Positions 22,875 through 24,686 of a DNA stretch of 24,686 nucleotides are shown piece by piece (the first letter of the stretch is position 1; every line of letters begins with the position of its first letter). The DNA comes from a virus (Duplodnaviria > Caudoviricetes). The position numbers were made by a program, and so were the translations under genes. Location of the stretch: positions 1 to 24,686 of the IMG/VR virus record IMGVR_UViG_3300017774_005870; one strand, 5' to 3'. The notes beneath the pieces are model-generated. The model did not search any database and was not told where the DNA came from. It was given only the letters and a program-made list of their open reading frames with translations.

Positions 22875-23551
22875 TACGCCCTTCCCGAAAGGCCTGGGGT
22901 GCTGTGGCCGGTGCCGCCCGCGCTGGCGTAGCCGCCGGTGTGGTAGCTCGGGCTATTCGCCGTGCCGTAGTTGGCAAGGGCGGTGGAGAAAATGCCGCCG
23001 ACCTGGCCGATGCCTTGGTTTAAGGCGTTGGCCTGCTGATAGCTGGATTGCATTTGCGCCAGCGAGTTGGCTTGATTGGCCTGCGCCACGGTGTTGGCGT
23101 AAGCCTGCCCGGCTTGCTGGTTGGCGCTGTTGGCCGTTTGGCCCATGCCCGAGCCCGCAAGCTGGCGGTTGTACCAGTCGCCGTACTCGGCAGAGGCGGA
23201 AGCCCCGGCGTAGTCGTTGAGGCCCTTCAGGGCAGAGCCTGACCCCAGTAGGCCGGCAACCGCCTTGTTCTGGGTTACCCCTTCCAGTCCGCGCGACAGG
23301 CGGAACTGGTAGTCCGGCGATGCCTGGAAGTTCTTGATCGGGTCCGACAGGTTCGCCAGCGCGTTCTGACCGAACTTGCGCCACGGCTCCTGATCAGCCC
23401 GCGAAAGGTCATACTGACGTGCGCTCTCGGCGATAGTGGACTTGGAGCCCTTCGCCGCCGTGCCCGCCGCATCTTTCGCAGCGTTGGAACTGTTGACGCT
23501 GCCAGCGACAGCAGCGGTGCCGGCGATTGCCGCGCCGATGATAATAGCCAT
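22871..23551 (-). CDS. P22 gp7-like DNA transfer (ejection) protein
   Basis: MAIIIGAAIAGTAAVAG...AA...QYD.SRAD.EPW...G..AL...SPDYQFRL..G......A.GLLGSG.ALK.L..Y. Confidence 0.85.
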   Translation of the reverse strand: MAIIIGAAIAGTAAVAGSVNSSNAAKDAAGTAAKGSKSTIAESARQYDLSRADQEPWRKFGQNALANLSDPIKNFQASPDYQFRLSRGLEGVTQNKAVAGLLGSGSALKGLNDYAGASASAEYGDWYNRQLAGSGMGQTANSANQQAGQAYANTVAQANQANSLAQMQSSYQQANALNQGIGQVGGIFSTALANYGTANSPSYHTGGYASAGGTGHSTPGLSGRAY

Positions 23552-23997
23552 CAGACCATCTTCCAGTAGGAGCGTTCGATGTGGGTGAAGCCGTGCTTTG
23601 CGAAGAAGTCGCCGCCGTCCATGTGGACCTTCTCGGCGACGATCCAGCGGAAGGAGCCGCGCCGCTTCAGTTCGGCTTCGACGGTGTTGAACAGGAGCGA
23701 GCCAGCGCCGCTGCGGCGTTCGGACTTCACGACGTAGTAAATGTCTTGCACGCAAAGCCGGATCGGGTTGTGAAAGCCATCGACCAGAAAGCCGATGAAG
23801 TAGCCCATCAGGGCGCCCTCTTTGCGGAGCGTCACGTAGAGGATTTGCCCCGCCGCATCCCGGTCGCGGTAAAGGTGCCACTTCGGCTCCAGGGGGATTT
23901 CGATAGGGTCGATTGCCAGTTCCGCATGGTGCAGCGGCAGGATCGGCAGAAGCTCCTCGATGCCGGCGGTGAAGCCTTCAACCTGTGCGGTGATCAT
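23551..23997 (-). CDS. GNAT-family acetyltransferase
   Basis: DIYYVVKSERRSGAGSLL (motif A), FFAKHGF; coupled at both ends. Confidence 0.85.
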   Translation of the reverse strand: MITAQVEGFTAGIEELLPILPLHHAELAIDPIEIPLEPKWHLYRDRDAAGQILYVTLRKEGALMGYFIGFLVDGFHNPIRLCVQDIYYVVKSERRSGAGSLLFNTVEAELKRRGSFRWIVAEKVHMDGGDFFAKHGFTHIERSYWKMV

Positions 23998-24569
23998 TCC
24001 CAGATCCTCACGTCGGCCATCAGATGAATACGGTCGTCGCGGCTGTTGTTGACGACTTGATGCTCGGCGTGGGCGTTGAAGCTCCACACGTCGCCGGTCT
24101 GCATGTTGACCGTCTCGTCATCCTCACCCTCGCCGCAGATGAACAGCGAACCGGGCAGGCCTTGGACAACGATGTGATAGCGGGCCAGCGAGCCCTGGTT
24201 GACGTACTCGCCCGCCGCGTCCCGGTGCCGCAGGATTTGGCCGCCGGGCCGGATGCGGGAGATCAGGCAACGCTCCAGGGTGTAGCCGTTGACGAGGGCC
24301 ATCAGGCCCATAACCAGCGGCTTCACTTCAGTCAGCACAGCGGCGGCGGGGTGCCAGATGACCGGCAGGCCGTCGCCCATGACGATGGTGTCTTTGCCCG
24401 CCATCGACGTATCCGAGAACCGGATCAGGATGTCGTCAACGTCAACGTGGGCGGTGTTGGGGTAGTCAGTGCGGAAGCGGTCGGCGTTCCACAGTTCGGG
24501 GTGTCTGGATAGCTGGTGACGCAGCGGGCCGACATTCACGCCGGTCAGCACGTTGTCGAAATACCGCAT
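23994..24569 (-). CDS. Aspartyl/asparaginyl beta-hydroxylase-family 2OG-Fe(II) oxygenase
   Basis: SRIRPGGQILRHRD (HxD), RYHI, M.TG.VW.FN...EH.V.N.S.DDRIHL..D. Confidence 0.88.
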   Translation of the reverse strand: MRYFDNVLTGVNVGPLRHQLSRHPELWNADRFRTDYPNTAHVDVDDILIRFSDTSMAGKDTIVMGDGLPVIWHPAAAVLTEVKPLVMGLMALVNGYTLERCLISRIRPGGQILRHRDAAGEYVNQGSLARYHIVVQGLPGSLFICGEGEDDETVNMQTGDVWSFNAHAEHQVVNNSRDDRIHLMADVRIWE

Positions 24570-24686
24570 CAGGGCTCCAGGGTTTCAATTCGGGTTTCGT
24601 GGTCGGCCATGACCTGCGCCAGCTTCTCGAAGTAGGTGCGCCAGACCTTCGTCATGGCGCCGCTCTGGTCGAGGATGGGCTCAGAC
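24569..24686 (-). CDS. Partial virion protein (tail needle / gp26 position)
   Basis: Manual translation ...SEPILDQSGAMTKVWRTYFEKLAQVMADHETRIETLEP*; trimer-like coiled coil HETRIETLE; TGATG coupling to the hydroxylase. Confidence 0.5.
   Translation of the reverse strand, partial: SEPILDQSGAMTKVWRTYFEKLAQVMADHETRIETLEP

Larger units (their letters stand above)
1..24686. mobile_element. Temperate phage genome segment (lambdoid early region, P22-like virion module), apparently in non-integrated (attP) configuration
   Basis: cI/cro switch, replication, recombination, integrase + att, lysis, tail and ejection genes in canonical order; phage-type genes on both sides of the att core; no host housekeeping genes. 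Confidence 0.95.

Noticed and set aside
1-24686. CRISPR array, diversity-generating retroelement, IS element or stop-codon recoding
   Set aside because: No regularly spaced repeat-spacer units, reverse transcriptase, transposase or TR/VR pair seen; conserved genes are intact under the standard code apart from the single spanin frameshift

Overview
The whole window is about 24.7 kb of a GC-rich temperate phage, probably infecting an alphaproteobacterium (Caulobacterales-like by gene content; inference). It has a lambdoid early region and P22-like (podovirus) virion genes. Left arm, minus strand, PR operon: NusG-family antiterminator (truncated by the window edge), replication initiator with internal iterons, DnaA-C-like and GcrA/Myb-like HTH proteins, Hjc-type resolvase, CII-like regulator and Cro. 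The immunity region holds a short CI, five 17-bp CGATAC-N5-GTATCG operators and a small exported protein. The plus-strand PL operon encodes a Rad52-family annealase, NinB, an SF2 helicase, two DNA methyltransferases, an Ead/Ea22-like protein, a Xis-like protein and a tyrosine integrase. It is followed by an apparently intact attP whose core is a tRNA 3' end. The right arm (minus strand) is the end of the late operon: needle-like protein, Asp/Asn beta-hydroxylase, GNAT acetyltransferase, four ejection-type proteins, tail fibre, metallophosphoesterase, an antisense HNH gene, holin, M15 endolysin and spanins. The most notable observations are (i) a mirror-symmetric immunity region in which a second PRM-like promoter appears to drive the exported protein convergently into cI, (ii) a hydroxylase plus acetyltransferase pair coupled to the ejection proteins, (iii) a structured leader with a 10-codon mini-ORF in front of the lysis genes and (iv) many C-terminal Ala-Ala (ClpXP degron-like) ends. 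All protein calls come from motif recognition by eye; no database search was run.
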